A stretch of DNA of 64,000 nucleotides from Candidatus Parcubacteria bacterium (GTDB lineage Bacteria > Patescibacteriota > Minisyncoccia > Phycocordibacterales > UBA2100). The DNA lies in the NCBI GenBank assembly GCA_003599295.1, contig QZJK01000006.1, forward strand, positions 14,681-78,680, written 5' to 3'. The notes under the pieces are model-generated. The model was not told the DNA's origin. It searched no databases and worked only from the letters and a program-made list of their open reading frames with translations. Shown here piece by piece: positions 17,990-28,531 of the stretch (position 1 is the stretch's first letter; the number at the start of each line of letters is the position of its first letter). The translations under genes and the position numbers were made by a program.

Positions 17990-19243
17990 ATGGAATCCGA
18001 CATAAAAGACAAGGCACTCGCGGCAGAGGGAGCGAAGCAAATTGACTGGGCGGCGCGTGATATGCCCGTGCTTCTTCAGGTGCGCGAGCGGTTCCGCAAG
18101 GAGAAGCCGCTCAAGGGCAAGCGCGTCGGAGCGTGTCTCCACGTCACCGTGGAAACGGCGAACCTCATGATAACGCTCAAAGAAGGCGGTGCCGACGTCG
18201 CACTCTGCGCGTCGAACCCGCTTTCATCGCAGGACGAAGCCGCAGCGGGCCTCGTCGAGAAGCACGGCATTCCCGTCCTCGCTATTTCCGGCGAAGACCG
18301 CGACACGTTCTTCAAACACATCAAAGCGATCATCGCGATGAAGCCGGACCTCACCATGGATGACGGGGCCGACCTCATTTCGACCATTCACAAGGACTAT
18401 CCGGACGTTCTCAAGGGTCTCATAGGAAGCACCGAGGAGACGACGACAGGGGTCATACGGCTCCGCGCGATGGCGCGGGATGGTGCCTTGAAAATACCCG
18501 TCGTCGCCGTGAATGACGCAAAGACGAAGAATCTTTTCGATAATCGCTACGGCACGGGCCAGTCCACGCTCGAAGCGATCATTCGCGCAACGGACATGCT
18601 CGTTGCGGGGCGCACGTTCGTTGTCGCGGGATACGGTTGGTGTGGAAAGGGGCTGGCGCTTCGCGCGCGCGGCATGGGCGCGAACGTCATCGTTACGGAA
18701 ATAGACGCGGTGAAAGCGCTCGAAGCCGCAATGGATGGGTACCGCGTGATGCCCATGGCCGAAGCCGCACCTTTGGGAGACCTTTTTTGCACGGTAACGG
18801 GAGACATCAACGTCATCCGCCGCGAGCACTTCGAAAAGATGAAGAACGGCGCTTTCGTGTGCAATTCCGGGCACTTTGACGTTGAAATAAACATCAACGA
18901 CCTCCGGAGCCTCGCCTCGGCGGACCCCGTCCGCATACGGGATAACGTGGACGAGTACACGATAGGGGGTAAGAAGATATACCTCCTCTCCGAAGGCAGG
19001 CTCGTGAACCTCGCGGCTGCCGAAGGGCACCCGGCGAGCGTCATGGACATGAGCTTTTCGACCCAGGCCCTGGCCGCAGAGTGGCTGACGGTGGGAAAGA
19101 GGAAAGAACCGGGGGTCTATGACGTCCCCGAGGCCATAGAACGCACGGTAGCCTCCCTAAAACTGGCCTCCATGGGACTTTCAATAGATGAATTGACTTC
19201 TGAACAGAAAAAGTACCTCGAAAGTTGGCAGGAGGGGACCTAA
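17990..19243 (+). CDS. ahcY: S-adenosyl-L-homocysteine hydrolase
   Basis: N-terminal substrate domain and NAD-binding GYGWCGKG motif. 417 aa. Confidence 0.9.
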   Translation: MESDIKDKALAAEGAKQIDWAARDMPVLLQVRERFRKEKPLKGKRVGACLHVTVETANLMITLKEGGADVALCASNPLSSQDEAAAGLVEKHGIPVLAISGEDRDTFFKHIKAIIAMKPDLTMDDGADLISTIHKDYPDVLKGLIGSTEETTTGVIRLRAMARDGALKIPVVAVNDAKTKNLFDNRYGTGQSTLEAIIRATDMLVAGRTFVVAGYGWCGKGLALRARGMGANVIVTEIDAVKALEAAMDGYRVMPMAEAAPLGDLFCTVTGDINVIRREHFEKMKNGAFVCNSGHFDVEININDLRSLASADPVRIRDNVDEYTIGGKKIYLLSEGRLVNLAAAEGHPASVMDMSFSTQALAAEWLTVGKRKEPGVYDVPEAIERTVASLKLASMGLSIDELTSEQKKYLESWQEGT

Positions 19244-19326
19244 AAACGGGTATTTGGGGACCAGTTTCTAGACTCTCTGTCAAATCCCATGGCATAAATA
19301 TGGCTCTGTAGAGCCAAGACAGGCCC

Positions 19327-19355
19327 TTGACAGGGGTCGCTCGTTATGCTAATGT
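19327..19355 (+). promoter_or_regulatory. sigma70-like promoter TTGACA-N17-TAATGT
   Basis: Read directly. Lies 33 bp upstream of the 3D-domain gene start. Confidence 0.4.
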
Positions 19356-19387
19356 ATGTGGCGTAGGAAGGTTTCTTCCTGCATCAC

Positions 19388-19978
19388 ATGCAAATGATAG
19401 CTACAGGGGCCTTGATGGCCTTTTTTCTTTTGTCAGGAGCCGTCTCGGCGGAGCCGGTCAATGTTCGGGTAGAGGTCGCCTCTACCGAGCCAGCAACCGT
19501 CCCAGAGAAGGCAGACAACGTGTATTCTGTCTCGATGACAGGATATAACGCTGTGCCGGAACAGACGGACAGCGATCCGTATACAACCGCAAGCGGCGCC
19601 TACTCCGACCCGGACATCGTCGTCGCGCGCTCCGTAGACCTCGCCGACGAGCTCCCGTTCGGCACCGTCATCCGTTTTGTACTCCCGGAAGGGGATTCGA
19701 AGCCCCCGTGCGGCCTTTCGTCCGTCGGACACCTGCTTGGCCTTCGAGTAGTCGCAGACTCCATGCATCCGAGGAAGCGAAATCAAGTGGACGTCCTTTT
19801 TGACCATGAAAGGACCGTCTCGGTGAACGGAAAGCGCATGAACCCGGCTGTCGTGCTCGGCGTCTGCAAGGACATCGAAATACGCATAGTTGGTAAGATA
19901 GACATCAAACAGATGCCGAAGAGCCAGACCCAGCTTCTCGCACAAGTCGGCGAAGCCGCGCTCGCGCTCGAGAAGTAA
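19388..19978 (+). CDS. secreted 3D-domain protein (MltA/YuiC-like cell-wall hydrolase fold)
   Basis: Signal peptide. SMTGYNAVPEQTDSDPYTTASGAY...LPFGTVIRF matches the 3D (Asp-rich) domain pattern. Confidence 0.55.
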   Translation: MQMIATGALMAFFLLSGAVSAEPVNVRVEVASTEPATVPEKADNVYSVSMTGYNAVPEQTDSDPYTTASGAYSDPDIVVARSVDLADELPFGTVIRFVLPEGDSKPPCGLSSVGHLLGLRVVADSMHPRKRNQVDVLFDHERTVSVNGKRMNPAVVLGVCKDIEIRIVGKIDIKQMPKSQTQLLAQVGEAALALEK

Positions 19979-19997
19979 AGCAGGTAGAATCTCTCGG

Positions 19998-20870
19998 ATG
20001 AGGCAGTGTTATGCCAGCGAGATCATAACCCCGAAGAAAGTACTTCTTCGGGGTTTATGGTTTGGGCCTAAGAAAGCGAAGCGAGCGTACGTCTGGGTGC
20101 ATGGGCTCGGCTCCTCCGTATTTTCTATGCAATCGCTCGCCACCCGTCTCGTTGACGGCAAGACGGCCGTTCTCATGTTTAACAATCGCGGGCACGACAA
20201 GGTAAGCCGTATCGCGCATGTCGGTGAAAGGTTGACCCGGAAAACGCATCTCGGTGGAGCCGCGCACGAAGTCTTCACCGATTCTGTCGATGACATGCAG
20301 GGGGCCATTAATTTCGCGAAGCGGCAGGGCGCGAAAGAAATTTTTCTTGTCGGGCACTCGACGGGCTGCCAGAAATCCATCTACTGGGCGAGCCGGAAGA
20401 AAAGCCGCGGCGTGAAGGGGATAGTGCTTCTCGGGCCGGTCTCGGATTGGTCTGCGGAAACGAAACTCAAGGGAAAGATAAAAATAGCGCGTGCCGAGGG
20501 TGTCGCGCGAGCTTTATTGAAACGCGGGAGAAAGCACGAGCTTCTGCCCCCCGGCGTCTGGCATGAGGTGTTGGACGCGCAGAGATTTTTAAGTCTCTAT
20601 ACACCCGAGAGCGTCGAAGAGATATTCACGTATGCGCAGCCGAAGAAAAATCCCCGCGTCTTGCGCGCCGTTCGTGTTCCCGTGCTTGTGTTGTGGGCGG
20701 AAAAAGAGGAATTCAGCGACCGTCCGGCGAAAGACGCTGTCGCGTGGTTCAGTAGGCATTTGCGAAAGGGGACGGCGCTCGTCGTGCCGCGCACGGGACA
20801 CCTCTTTCGCGGCGCGGAGACCCGAGTCGTACGAACGATACGGCAATGGACCCGTCCACACGGTTCGTAG
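19998..20870 (+). CDS. alpha/beta-fold hydrolase
   Basis: GHSTG nucleophile elbow (GxSxG). HG oxyanion region VWVHGLGSS. Confidence 0.65.
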   Translation: MRQCYASEIITPKKVLLRGLWFGPKKAKRAYVWVHGLGSSVFSMQSLATRLVDGKTAVLMFNNRGHDKVSRIAHVGERLTRKTHLGGAAHEVFTDSVDDMQGAINFAKRQGAKEIFLVGHSTGCQKSIYWASRKKSRGVKGIVLLGPVSDWSAETKLKGKIKIARAEGVARALLKRGRKHELLPPGVWHEVLDAQRFLSLYTPESVEEIFTYAQPKKNPRVLRAVRVPVLVLWAEKEEFSDRPAKDAVAWFSRHLRKGTALVVPRTGHLFRGAETRVVRTIRQWTRPHGS

Positions 20871-20969
20871 TCGAAGCTACATGGTGCGCGCAGCTTGAAA
20901 TCCCCAGAGACTGTTCCGTGTGACGGGTGGATGAAAATGCGCTGAATTAATGCTACGATTCCGCCATCT

Positions 20970-21743
20970 ATGGCCGTCGAAGAGGGTCTTGAACACGCAG
21001 GCGAGGCGCAAGAGGCGGGCATTCACGTCGCGCTTGCGGCCGAAAAACTGGGAGAATTTCTAGGTATTCCAATCACAAATACGCTTCTGACCAGCTGGGT
21101 AGTCATTGCTCTCCTGGTCGGGCTTGCGTTTCTTGTCCGCGGACGGCTTGCGATGATACCCGGCCGCCTACAGACGCTTCTCGAAGAGGCGTTTGTGTAC
21201 GTATACGACTATGTGGCCGAAACGCTTGAGAGCAGAGAGATGGCGCGACGCTTTTTCCCGCTCCTCATGACCATCTTTCTCTTCCTGTTCATCGGCAACA
21301 TGATCCACTTCGTGCCCGGCATCGGCTCGATCGAATATTTGGGAGAACCGCTCCTCCGCGCTCCTGCGACGGATCTCGTTGCTCCGCTCACACTCGCGCT
21401 CATTTCTTTTTTCGTCGTCGAGTTCACCGGCATCTTTGCTATCGGCGCATGGAAGTATGGGAGCAAATTCATCGTCAATCCTTTGAAAAATCCGATGGGT
21501 TTCGCGGTCGGCATTGTGGAGCTTATAAGCGAGCTCGTGCGCATCGTGTCGCTCTCGTTCCGTCTATTCGGGAATATTCTGGCCGGTGAGGTTATCATCG
21601 CGGTCGCTATTTTCTTCGCCCCTTTCTTGGGACCCCTGCCCCTCATGCTTTTCGAGATATTCATCGGTTTCCTTCAGGCCGCAATCTTTGCTCTCTTGAC
21701 GCTCTTTTACATCAAACTCGCGGTGACGGAGCCCGCTCACTAA
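20970..21743 (+). CDS. atpB: F0F1 ATP synthase subunit a
   Basis: Conserved SLSFRLFGNILAGE helix with the essential Arg. Multiple TM helices. Confidence 0.85.
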   Translation: MAVEEGLEHAGEAQEAGIHVALAAEKLGEFLGIPITNTLLTSWVVIALLVGLAFLVRGRLAMIPGRLQTLLEEAFVYVYDYVAETLESREMARRFFPLLMTIFLFLFIGNMIHFVPGIGSIEYLGEPLLRAPATDLVAPLTLALISFFVVEFTGIFAIGAWKYGSKFIVNPLKNPMGFAVGIVELISELVRIVSLSFRLFGNILAGEVIIAVAIFFAPFLGPLPLMLFEIFIGFLQAAIFALLTLFYIKLAVTEPAH

Positions 21744-21904
21744 CTTTGGCTTGGTTGCCGCTTTGTTTCCCACGTTTTCGAGATACCTCTCTAACGAGTG
21801 ACAGAACGTGAACGAAAGTTGGCTTACGCGGCACGGTCAACAGGCGAAGCCAAAGTTAGTGGCTTGGGCATGGCCGCACGAAGCGCATTAGAATTCTATA
21901 AAAA

Positions 21905-21955
21905 CCTCGCCGCGGCAGGATGTTTCCGAAGAAACTCCCGCCGCGGCGTTTGTTG
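21905..21955. terminator. bidirectional rho-independent terminator
   Basis: cctcgccgcggcagg ... cccgccgcggcg GC-rich stem with an inner gtttc-cgaa-gaaac hairpin. Flanked by tataaaaa upstream and tttgttgt downstream. Confidence 0.5.
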
Positions 21956-21975
21956 TACTCGAACCGAGGTCTGGT

Positions 21976-22677
21976 TCAGTTGACCGGGCAGAATACGCGG
22001 CTATCGACGCTGTACTTCACGTCGTACCGACGCCGGTAGGCTTCAACATGCCAACCTTTTCCTCTGCCGCTTAACCCCACCCCGCCACTCCATCGCACTT
22101 CAACGACGTGAGAGGGGAGGTAGAAGAGGTTGGATTTTCCGGTATGTTGCAGTTTGCCCGGTTCGCCATACCGTTGCGCGGCGATCATCGTCGCGATGAT
22201 AGCGCACAGAGTGCTTTCATCGAAGAGATGACGTTCGGGCAGTGCCCCTTCCATCTCGTCGTGAGAGGCACCGTCCATGTTGCCGATGTCGAAAGAGTCG
22301 ACATCGAACGTCGTCCCCGCTTCGACAGGAAAAGCTTTCGGCAGGACGACCTGCGTGAATCCTTCGAAGCGGGAGTCGACGAAAGTCAATCCCTGCCCGT
22401 TGTAATTCACGTAGAATTTCAGCGGTTCGTGCCGTGCGGAAAGCGTGATAGTAAACGACTCCCGCGGCACGAGTGTCATCATGCGACCGATGGTCTTTCG
22501 GAGAGCCTCCTCCATGTGCTCGGTGAGCTTCGCGCCCCTGTTCTGCAGAGCGCGGAGCACTGCTTTTGGATCCTTGAACTTTTCTGCAGTCCGAGGGAGA
22601 GCAGTCGCACTCGCGATGTTAATCGCTGTGCTTAACTCGGCCAGCTGGCCGGGTGAAAAGGCTGTTCCACGTGACAT
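21976..22677 (-). CDS. hypothetical protein
   Basis: 233-aa ORF with host-like GC, convergent with atpB. No motif recognised. Confidence 0.4.
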   Translation of the reverse strand: MSRGTAFSPGQLAELSTAINIASATALPRTAEKFKDPKAVLRALQNRGAKLTEHMEEALRKTIGRMMTLVPRESFTITLSARHEPLKFYVNYNGQGLTFVDSRFEGFTQVVLPKAFPVEAGTTFDVDSFDIGNMDGASHDEMEGALPERHLFDESTLCAIIATMIAAQRYGEPGKLQHTGKSNLFYLPSHVVEVRWSGGVGLSGRGKGWHVEAYRRRYDVKYSVDSRVFCPVN

Positions 22678-22887
22678 CGTGGCTGTTCCTTTTATTGCTG
22701 TTGCACCATCGCACTTAGGGCATTGCTACCTTGCTTTGCCACAGCAGAAAAAGGCACGCGTTCGAGTCGCTTTCTGCTGCGGCAAAGATTTCCTTGGCAA
22801 AGAACTCCTGTATGTTTTTACTACAAATATTCAAGAAGTCAATATTTTTCGGTAGTCCTGACGAAGAAATGCTCCAACCTCCTTAGA

Positions 22888-22916
22888 TTGCGAGATATTC
22901 ATTCTCGTGTTATAAT
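22888..22916 (+). promoter_or_regulatory. sigma70-like promoter TTGCGA-N17-TATAAT
   Basis: Read directly, upstream of the FAD-oxidoreductase gene. Confidence 0.4.
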
Positions 22917-22936
22917 ACTTCTTCTATTTTTTGTAT

Positions 22937-23983
22937 ATGAAGCGGAAATGCTTTTGGCGAAATCCTGGATATAAGGCCTGCAAACCTCTCACCGGTCATC
23001 ATAAGACACGCTATCTCATTATTGGGGGTGGTGTTGCGGGTCTCTTTATAGCGCACTATCTGCTGAAGAAAGGTGTTAAAAAAATTACGGTTATCGATAA
23101 GGGAATAATTGGCTCAGGATCTACCGGTCAATCGGCAGGCATGCTTGTGGCTCAGTTAGAGACGGCACCGATAGAAAGGTTGGCTACACTCTATGGTCGG
23201 CGCGCCGCTGTGCGATATGCGCAGGCCCTTAAAGATGCGCAAGGGGAGGTTCGGCGGTTGATCCGGAAAGGAGAAATTGCCTGCGAGTATAAGAAACACA
23301 GCCTCAAGTTTTTCAAGAACGAATCTGGAAAAGGTAAGCATTTGGAGGAAAGTATTTCGGTTAATCCGATAAAGTTCATACAGGGTATGGCGCAATACTT
23401 GCGGTCGCGAGGGGTCGTCATTTACGAAAATACTTCCTTGCGCAAAGTGCAAGAAAACATCGCGGTGACTCCGCAAGGAACCATACGGTTCGAACACATC
23501 GCGTATGCGCTCGGCACCTCAGTGAGACATAAGACTCTCGAAAATTACGTGACTACGATATGCGTAACGCGTCCGCTCTCGTCAAAAAAGATACGCAGAT
23601 TGCGCCACGCGGGCAAGGAAATGTTCTTTCACGATGAACGGCAATCTTATCTTTACGGTAAGATTACTCAGGATCGACGGCTTTTAGTGGGCTACGGCGA
23701 TGTCCGCAGAAAATCAACCGGGGCAGCGGCACGCCTCCACGTTCCTCATGTGCGGAGCATCAAACGGTATATTAGACGCGCGATTGGAGCGAATGTCTCT
23801 GTACACCGCGCATGGAGCGCGGCATACTCTCTCTCCAAGAAACCGCTTCCGTATGTGTCTGTTTCAAGAGGAATAATCGGTGGAGCAGGTACGCAAATCG
23901 CCACCATCGCGATAGCGTCGTATTTGGCAAGTGCGATTCTTGGAGAAAAACATCCTCTCAATCGACTTTTTACGGATCGGTAG
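22937..23983 (+). CDS. FAD-dependent oxidoreductase (DAO/glycine-oxidase-like)
   Basis: Rossmann dinucleotide motif YLIIGGGVAGLFIAHYL...VIDKG. C-terminal GGAGTQIAT. Start uncertain (TTG at 22931 or ATG at 22937). Confidence 0.65.
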   Translation: MKRKCFWRNPGYKACKPLTGHHKTRYLIIGGGVAGLFIAHYLLKKGVKKITVIDKGIIGSGSTGQSAGMLVAQLETAPIERLATLYGRRAAVRYAQALKDAQGEVRRLIRKGEIACEYKKHSLKFFKNESGKGKHLEESISVNPIKFIQGMAQYLRSRGVVIYENTSLRKVQENIAVTPQGTIRFEHIAYALGTSVRHKTLENYVTTICVTRPLSSKKIRRLRHAGKEMFFHDERQSYLYGKITQDRRLLVGYGDVRRKSTGAAARLHVPHVRSIKRYIRRAIGANVSVHRAWSAAYSLSKKPLPYVSVSRGIIGGAGTQIATIAIASYLASAILGEKHPLNRLFTDR

Positions 23984-24076
23984 GCTCCTTCAAAAGTTTG
24001 CCACGTCCCGGCCGGACACCTCGTGGATATCTGGGTTGATATCTTGTTGTTGTAATGCGAATATTAGGCATACTTC

Positions 24077-25318
24077 ATGCTTGAAAAGCCGAATCTATTG
24101 ATCGCTGGAGCCTCTGGAGGAGTGGCGAATGCTCTTCTGCACCACATGACCTCTGTTCGCGATCTTTTCGGCAAACTCATTCTTCTCGATAGAAACAACA
24201 AAGTTCTCAGAGACATTTATCTCGATCACGAGCGCCTTAAATACGAGTTTCTTGAAGTTGAATTGATGCTCCCCGATCGCGTCGATGAATACCATCGAAT
24301 ATTGCGTGAGCACGCTATCGACATCGTGCTCGACATCACCGATATGGACAGCCTTCCATTTATTGAGGCCACGAACGATGCCGCTGTGTCTTACGTGAAT
24401 ACCGGCATGAATGACGAGAAGTTAAGTATTGAGGAAACAGTCATCAGGGCATTCGAGAAGAAAGAATCATATAACAAAGCGCCTCATATTCTCTGTTCGG
24501 GTATGAATCCCGGGAACGTGAACATGTGGGTGCGATATGGCATATATAGGTTCGGCGTACCGAACGAGATCATTCACTTCGAGTACGATACTTCCAAATT
24601 CGTGCGGCAGTGGCATCCAATGATGACGTGGTCTGTGCACGAATTTCTTGTCGAATGCGTGCGAGATACGACTGGCAAGATTCTTGGCAGAGGACGTGAG
24701 AAGGTCGAACAACTTCTTCCGAATGCTCTGGAGCACCGAAAGAATATGCATGCAATTCTTTCGCCCATCATGAAGTTCGATAAGTATCCGGATGGCATGA
24801 TCACTATGCATGAAGAATGCGTAAGTATCGGAAATAAATACGATATTCCTTCCCAGTTTGTTTACGCGGTTCACCCGAAAACGATGGACCTTCTCGTGAA
24901 GATATACGAGAAGAAAGGAAACGTGAGCAAAGACGCGCTGGAGCTTGGCAACAACACGAGCGAAATGCTTGACGGTGCAGATAACATCGGCGTAGCACTC
25001 GAGTACAAAGATAAACGTGTATACTATTTTAATACCATCCCTAGTGTCGCGATCATCGGAACTAATGCTACCTTTACGCAGGTCATCGTCGGAGTGTTTG
25101 CGGCGCTCAATGTTTTAATATCTGATGAACTCCAGCCAGGAGCGTATTTTCCCGAGGATCTATTCGACACCTGCTACAGACATTTCGTGTTCGACAACAT
25201 GCGCGTGCAAGAGTTCGTTTTCCAAAAGGGGAGAAATGAGCACTTAAAACTCAAGTCCTTCAACCCGATGCTAAAGAGCCACAAGACTGATCACTATCGG
25301 CACCTCTACATAATTTAA
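24077..25318 (+). CDS. saccharopine-dehydrogenase-like NAD(P)-binding protein
   Basis: N-terminal LLIAGASGGVANALL glycine-rich motif and overall size. The specific family is uncertain. Confidence 0.4.
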   Translation: MLEKPNLLIAGASGGVANALLHHMTSVRDLFGKLILLDRNNKVLRDIYLDHERLKYEFLEVELMLPDRVDEYHRILREHAIDIVLDITDMDSLPFIEATNDAAVSYVNTGMNDEKLSIEETVIRAFEKKESYNKAPHILCSGMNPGNVNMWVRYGIYRFGVPNEIIHFEYDTSKFVRQWHPMMTWSVHEFLVECVRDTTGKILGRGREKVEQLLPNALEHRKNMHAILSPIMKFDKYPDGMITMHEECVSIGNKYDIPSQFVYAVHPKTMDLLVKIYEKKGNVSKDALELGNNTSEMLDGADNIGVALEYKDKRVYYFNTIPSVAIIGTNATFTQVIVGVFAALNVLISDELQPGAYFPEDLFDTCYRHFVFDNMRVQEFVFQKGRNEHLKLKSFNPMLKSHKTDHYRHLYII

Positions 25319-25324
25319 CCCTCC

Positions 25325-26560
25325 ATGCTCCGACACGTCAGAGAGATATTCGGAGCAGAACGTTCACCCATCTTCGTTTTTGGATTCATAGTTCTTTTTT
25401 GGACTATGGCGGACAGCGTTGGGCAATACATAGCTCCGCTCATGATCCAGAACCAAGGTTTCTCTAATACCGTAATAGGTTTCATTCTTGGTTTTTCATC
25501 GATAGCGGGTGCTTTTTTCGATTTTTGGGCCGGAAAAATATTCAAAAATACGGATTTCCGCAGAATATTTTTAGTAATGTTCGCACTGTGCTCTATTTAC
25601 CCTCTACTGCTTTGGTCGGCGAACACGATAACGCTCTTCTTATTCGCAATGGCTATCTGGGGGGTCTATTTTGACTTGTACGGGTTTGGCACCTTCGATT
25701 TTATCGGACGGTATTCAAATAAAGACACGCATGCGTCGAATTTCGGTATTGCACAGATGTTCCGAGCGCTTGGCCAATTACTCGCGCCTCTCATCGTTGG
25801 GTTCGTAATAGTAGAGGGTATTGATTGGCGGTCATTCGGTCTCTACTGGCTGTTCTTGCTCATAGCGTTTGCTTTTCTCCTTGTCCTCTTCCTCATGTAT
25901 CACAAACGAAGCCCTCAAAAGGAGGTTATAAAACCAAGAAGGCGGCATTTTTTTATTGAGCTCCGACTTTGGAGAAAGATGGGGTGGCATATGATGCCTA
26001 TTCTTTTCGTAACCTTCTATCTGTGGTCCATTGACGCCTTTTTTTGGACACTTTCGCCACTATATCCCGGGGCCGTCGGCCTTCCGGCGCAGTTTGGAGG
26101 ATTCATGCTTGCGGCGTTTGTCTTTCCCGTCCTTATTGTCGGCTGGTTTGTCGGGTCTCTGACCAAACGTTTCGGTAAAAAACGTACGGCAATTGTCAGC
26201 CTCCTCGCAGGTTCGGCGGTACTGTCTTTTTTCACGCTCGCGCCCAATCCTTTTTTGGGATTACTAGTCGTTCTTTTGGCGTCCTTTTTCACGAGCGTGG
26301 CGTTGCCCTCCATTAATTCTTGGTTTACAGGATATATTTATGATGTGCCTGCGTTGGAAGGCGAAACGGAGGGCTTGGCGGACCTTGCGCAGAACACTGC
26401 GTATATATTCGGGCCTTTCTTCGCCGGCGTTCTTGCAGATGTCGTGGGAATAGCAAGTGCGTTCACGATACTTGGGCTTGTGGGTTTTCTTGCTGCAGCT
26501 GTTCTTTTATTCCTAACCCCGAACAAGATTTTCATTCCAGTTAAGAAGTCGGAGATTTAA
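25325..26560 (+). CDS. MFS transporter
   Basis: 12 hydrophobic segments. Conserved loop 2-3-like motif (AGKIFKNTDFRR). Confidence 0.7.
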   Translation: MLRHVREIFGAERSPIFVFGFIVLFWTMADSVGQYIAPLMIQNQGFSNTVIGFILGFSSIAGAFFDFWAGKIFKNTDFRRIFLVMFALCSIYPLLLWSANTITLFLFAMAIWGVYFDLYGFGTFDFIGRYSNKDTHASNFGIAQMFRALGQLLAPLIVGFVIVEGIDWRSFGLYWLFLLIAFAFLLVLFLMYHKRSPQKEVIKPRRRHFFIELRLWRKMGWHMMPILFVTFYLWSIDAFFWTLSPLYPGAVGLPAQFGGFMLAAFVFPVLIVGWFVGSLTKRFGKKRTAIVSLLAGSAVLSFFTLAPNPFLGLLVVLLASFFTSVALPSINSWFTGYIYDVPALEGETEGLADLAQNTAYIFGPFFAGVLADVVGIASAFTILGLVGFLAAAVLLFLTPNKIFIPVKKSEI

Positions 26561-26584
26561 GATAGCTCTAGAATTATAAATCGT

Positions 26585-28105
26585 ATGGTAGAAGCAATAG
26601 AGAAGAATCAGAAGCCAGAGACACAAAAAGATCCGGATAAGAAGCTTGAGCAGATTTCCGTCGATTTGGCGCCTCTTACACCAGAGAGGCTTGATGAGGC
26701 GCTCTCACTCGCGCGTGTGATCTTCCCCGACATAGGTTCAAGCGAAGAACCACCCGACATCGTGTTTCCTGCAAGCCTTGAACCCGGGAAATATAGAGAA
26801 CAACTGGAAAGATTTAGCATCGATAAGCTCAATTACTGGCTTGCACAAGAGAACGGAAAAAGTGTAGGGATAATGGGTCTTTACAGCAGAACGGAAGATC
26901 CGAACGATACCGCATGGGTCGGATGGTATGGCGTCACTCCAGAGGCGCGCGGTAGAGGTGTAGGTGGCAAAATATTCCAAGAGACCATCGATAAGGCACG
27001 CACAGAGGGCGTAAAAGAATTAAAACTCTACACGACGGATGAAGACGATCCGGTAGCACACACGCTCTTCGAGAAATTTGGCTTTACAATTTCGAGCGAA
27101 GAAACCGCCCCAGAAGGTTACAAGATTACGTACATGTCAAAGCGGCTCGATGAAGCACCGCAGGAGCGCTCATTCATGCAGCGACTTATCGAGCGGAGCA
27201 GATACACACGCGATGATCCGAGCAATTTCAACACCGGTCTGGAGAGAAACGGCGAGAAATTCACTACAGAGACTATTGAGAGTATCGACCATCCTGATTT
27301 CCCAAAAATGCTCGACTTGTTCCGCAAAACGTTCAAACCAGACGAGGTTGATTCCCCCGAAACGATGCAACAATACATGGAAGAAAGCGAATTACTCATG
27401 CATATTATGAAAAATGACAAAGACGAAGTTGTGGCCGCACTTCTGGGGTATCGTTTTGATATGGGATCCAATGACCCGGCGTTCGCAAACAAAAGCATTT
27501 TCGGTGTTGATATGGTCACTACTAATCCCGAATATCAGCGAAAGGGACTCGCCAGGGAGTTATATATTTCTGCTGCGATGAAAGCCGAGAAAAACGCACA
27601 GGCTGAAGGAAAAAAGACTTCTCTCGCCATGGGAGAATGCACGTCCACTTCTGAAAAATTCTGGAATGATGTGGGGTGGAAGCGCATATATACTGTTGAT
27701 ACAAAAAACAAGAAACTCACAGAACTCAAGTATGTCCAGCCACCCGTGGAATTTGATGCAAAAACGGGCAAGTCAGCCGAGGGTCTAAGTGCAATACCGG
27801 AACATTTCATGACCGACAGTCTCGAACGGAAAACGCCGCCGACGAAAGAAGAGATTGCCGCAGTCGGAGCCGAGTGGCTCTCTTCTTTTGCCGAACCACA
27901 AGATTCTTTTGAAAGTCCGGAGGCGTATACAACCCATGAAGCCATGATGCAAGGGTACGTCGATGATTTCCAAAAGCAGCTAACTGGCGCCGAGCGCACC
28001 GTGCTATTGACCGAGCGAGCGCGGCGGCTGCTCTTAAGGCGCGGTTGGAGCATTGAAGAACATACTGCCGCTGACGGAGGAGTCGCGGGTCCAGAGGATT
28101 TTTAG
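26585..28105 (+). CDS. tandem GNAT-domain N-acetyltransferase
   Basis: Two acetyl-CoA motif A regions: ARGRGVGGKIF and YQRKGLAREL. Confidence 0.65.
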   Translation: MVEAIEKNQKPETQKDPDKKLEQISVDLAPLTPERLDEALSLARVIFPDIGSSEEPPDIVFPASLEPGKYREQLERFSIDKLNYWLAQENGKSVGIMGLYSRTEDPNDTAWVGWYGVTPEARGRGVGGKIFQETIDKARTEGVKELKLYTTDEDDPVAHTLFEKFGFTISSEETAPEGYKITYMSKRLDEAPQERSFMQRLIERSRYTRDDPSNFNTGLERNGEKFTTETIESIDHPDFPKMLDLFRKTFKPDEVDSPETMQQYMEESELLMHIMKNDKDEVVAALLGYRFDMGSNDPAFANKSIFGVDMVTTNPEYQRKGLARELYISAAMKAEKNAQAEGKKTSLAMGECTSTSEKFWNDVGWKRIYTVDTKNKKLTELKYVQPPVEFDAKTGKSAEGLSAIPEHFMTDSLERKTPPTKEEIAAVGAEWLSSFAEPQDSFESPEAYTTHEAMMQGYVDDFQKQLTGAERTVLLTERARRLLLRRGWSIEEHTAADGGVAGPEDF

Positions 28106-28228
28106 ATTTATAATCGAGCAGATTGTTTCGTGTGTTATTTCCGGCACGTGTACTTAAGGTCGTAGTCTTGGCCGCCGAAGAATTTCTTTGCGAAGCGACC
28201 CTTCTTTTGTTTTGCTATACTGAAGCGC

Positions 28229-28438
28229 GTGAAGATATATCGTCGGTTCAAGAAAAGGCATCGTCTACTCCACATCATGATAGTGGCGATTGCTATCGTC
28301 ATGTTCTGGAGAGGAGTATGGTCGCTTCTGGACACGTATCTTTTGCCCGATCATTTTCTTATAAGTAACCTGGTATCAATCCTAGTCGCATTTTTTATTT
28401 TGTATCTTGACGATTTCCATCTCAAGGAGTTGGAATAA
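28229..28438 (+). CDS. small two-TM membrane protein
   Basis: 69-aa ORF with two hydrophobic helices. Weak call. Confidence 0.2.
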   Translation: MKIYRRFKKRHRLLHIMIVAIAIVMFWRGVWSLLDTYLLPDHFLISNLVSILVAFFILYLDDFHLKELE

Positions 28439-28531
28439 GTTTGTTATCGTTGCATCAGTTTCGTTTAACCCCTGAACAATTTGTTCCGAGCCTATTCGTG
28501 GGGCGTGAGTCGCATTTCAGACGTATGTTCG

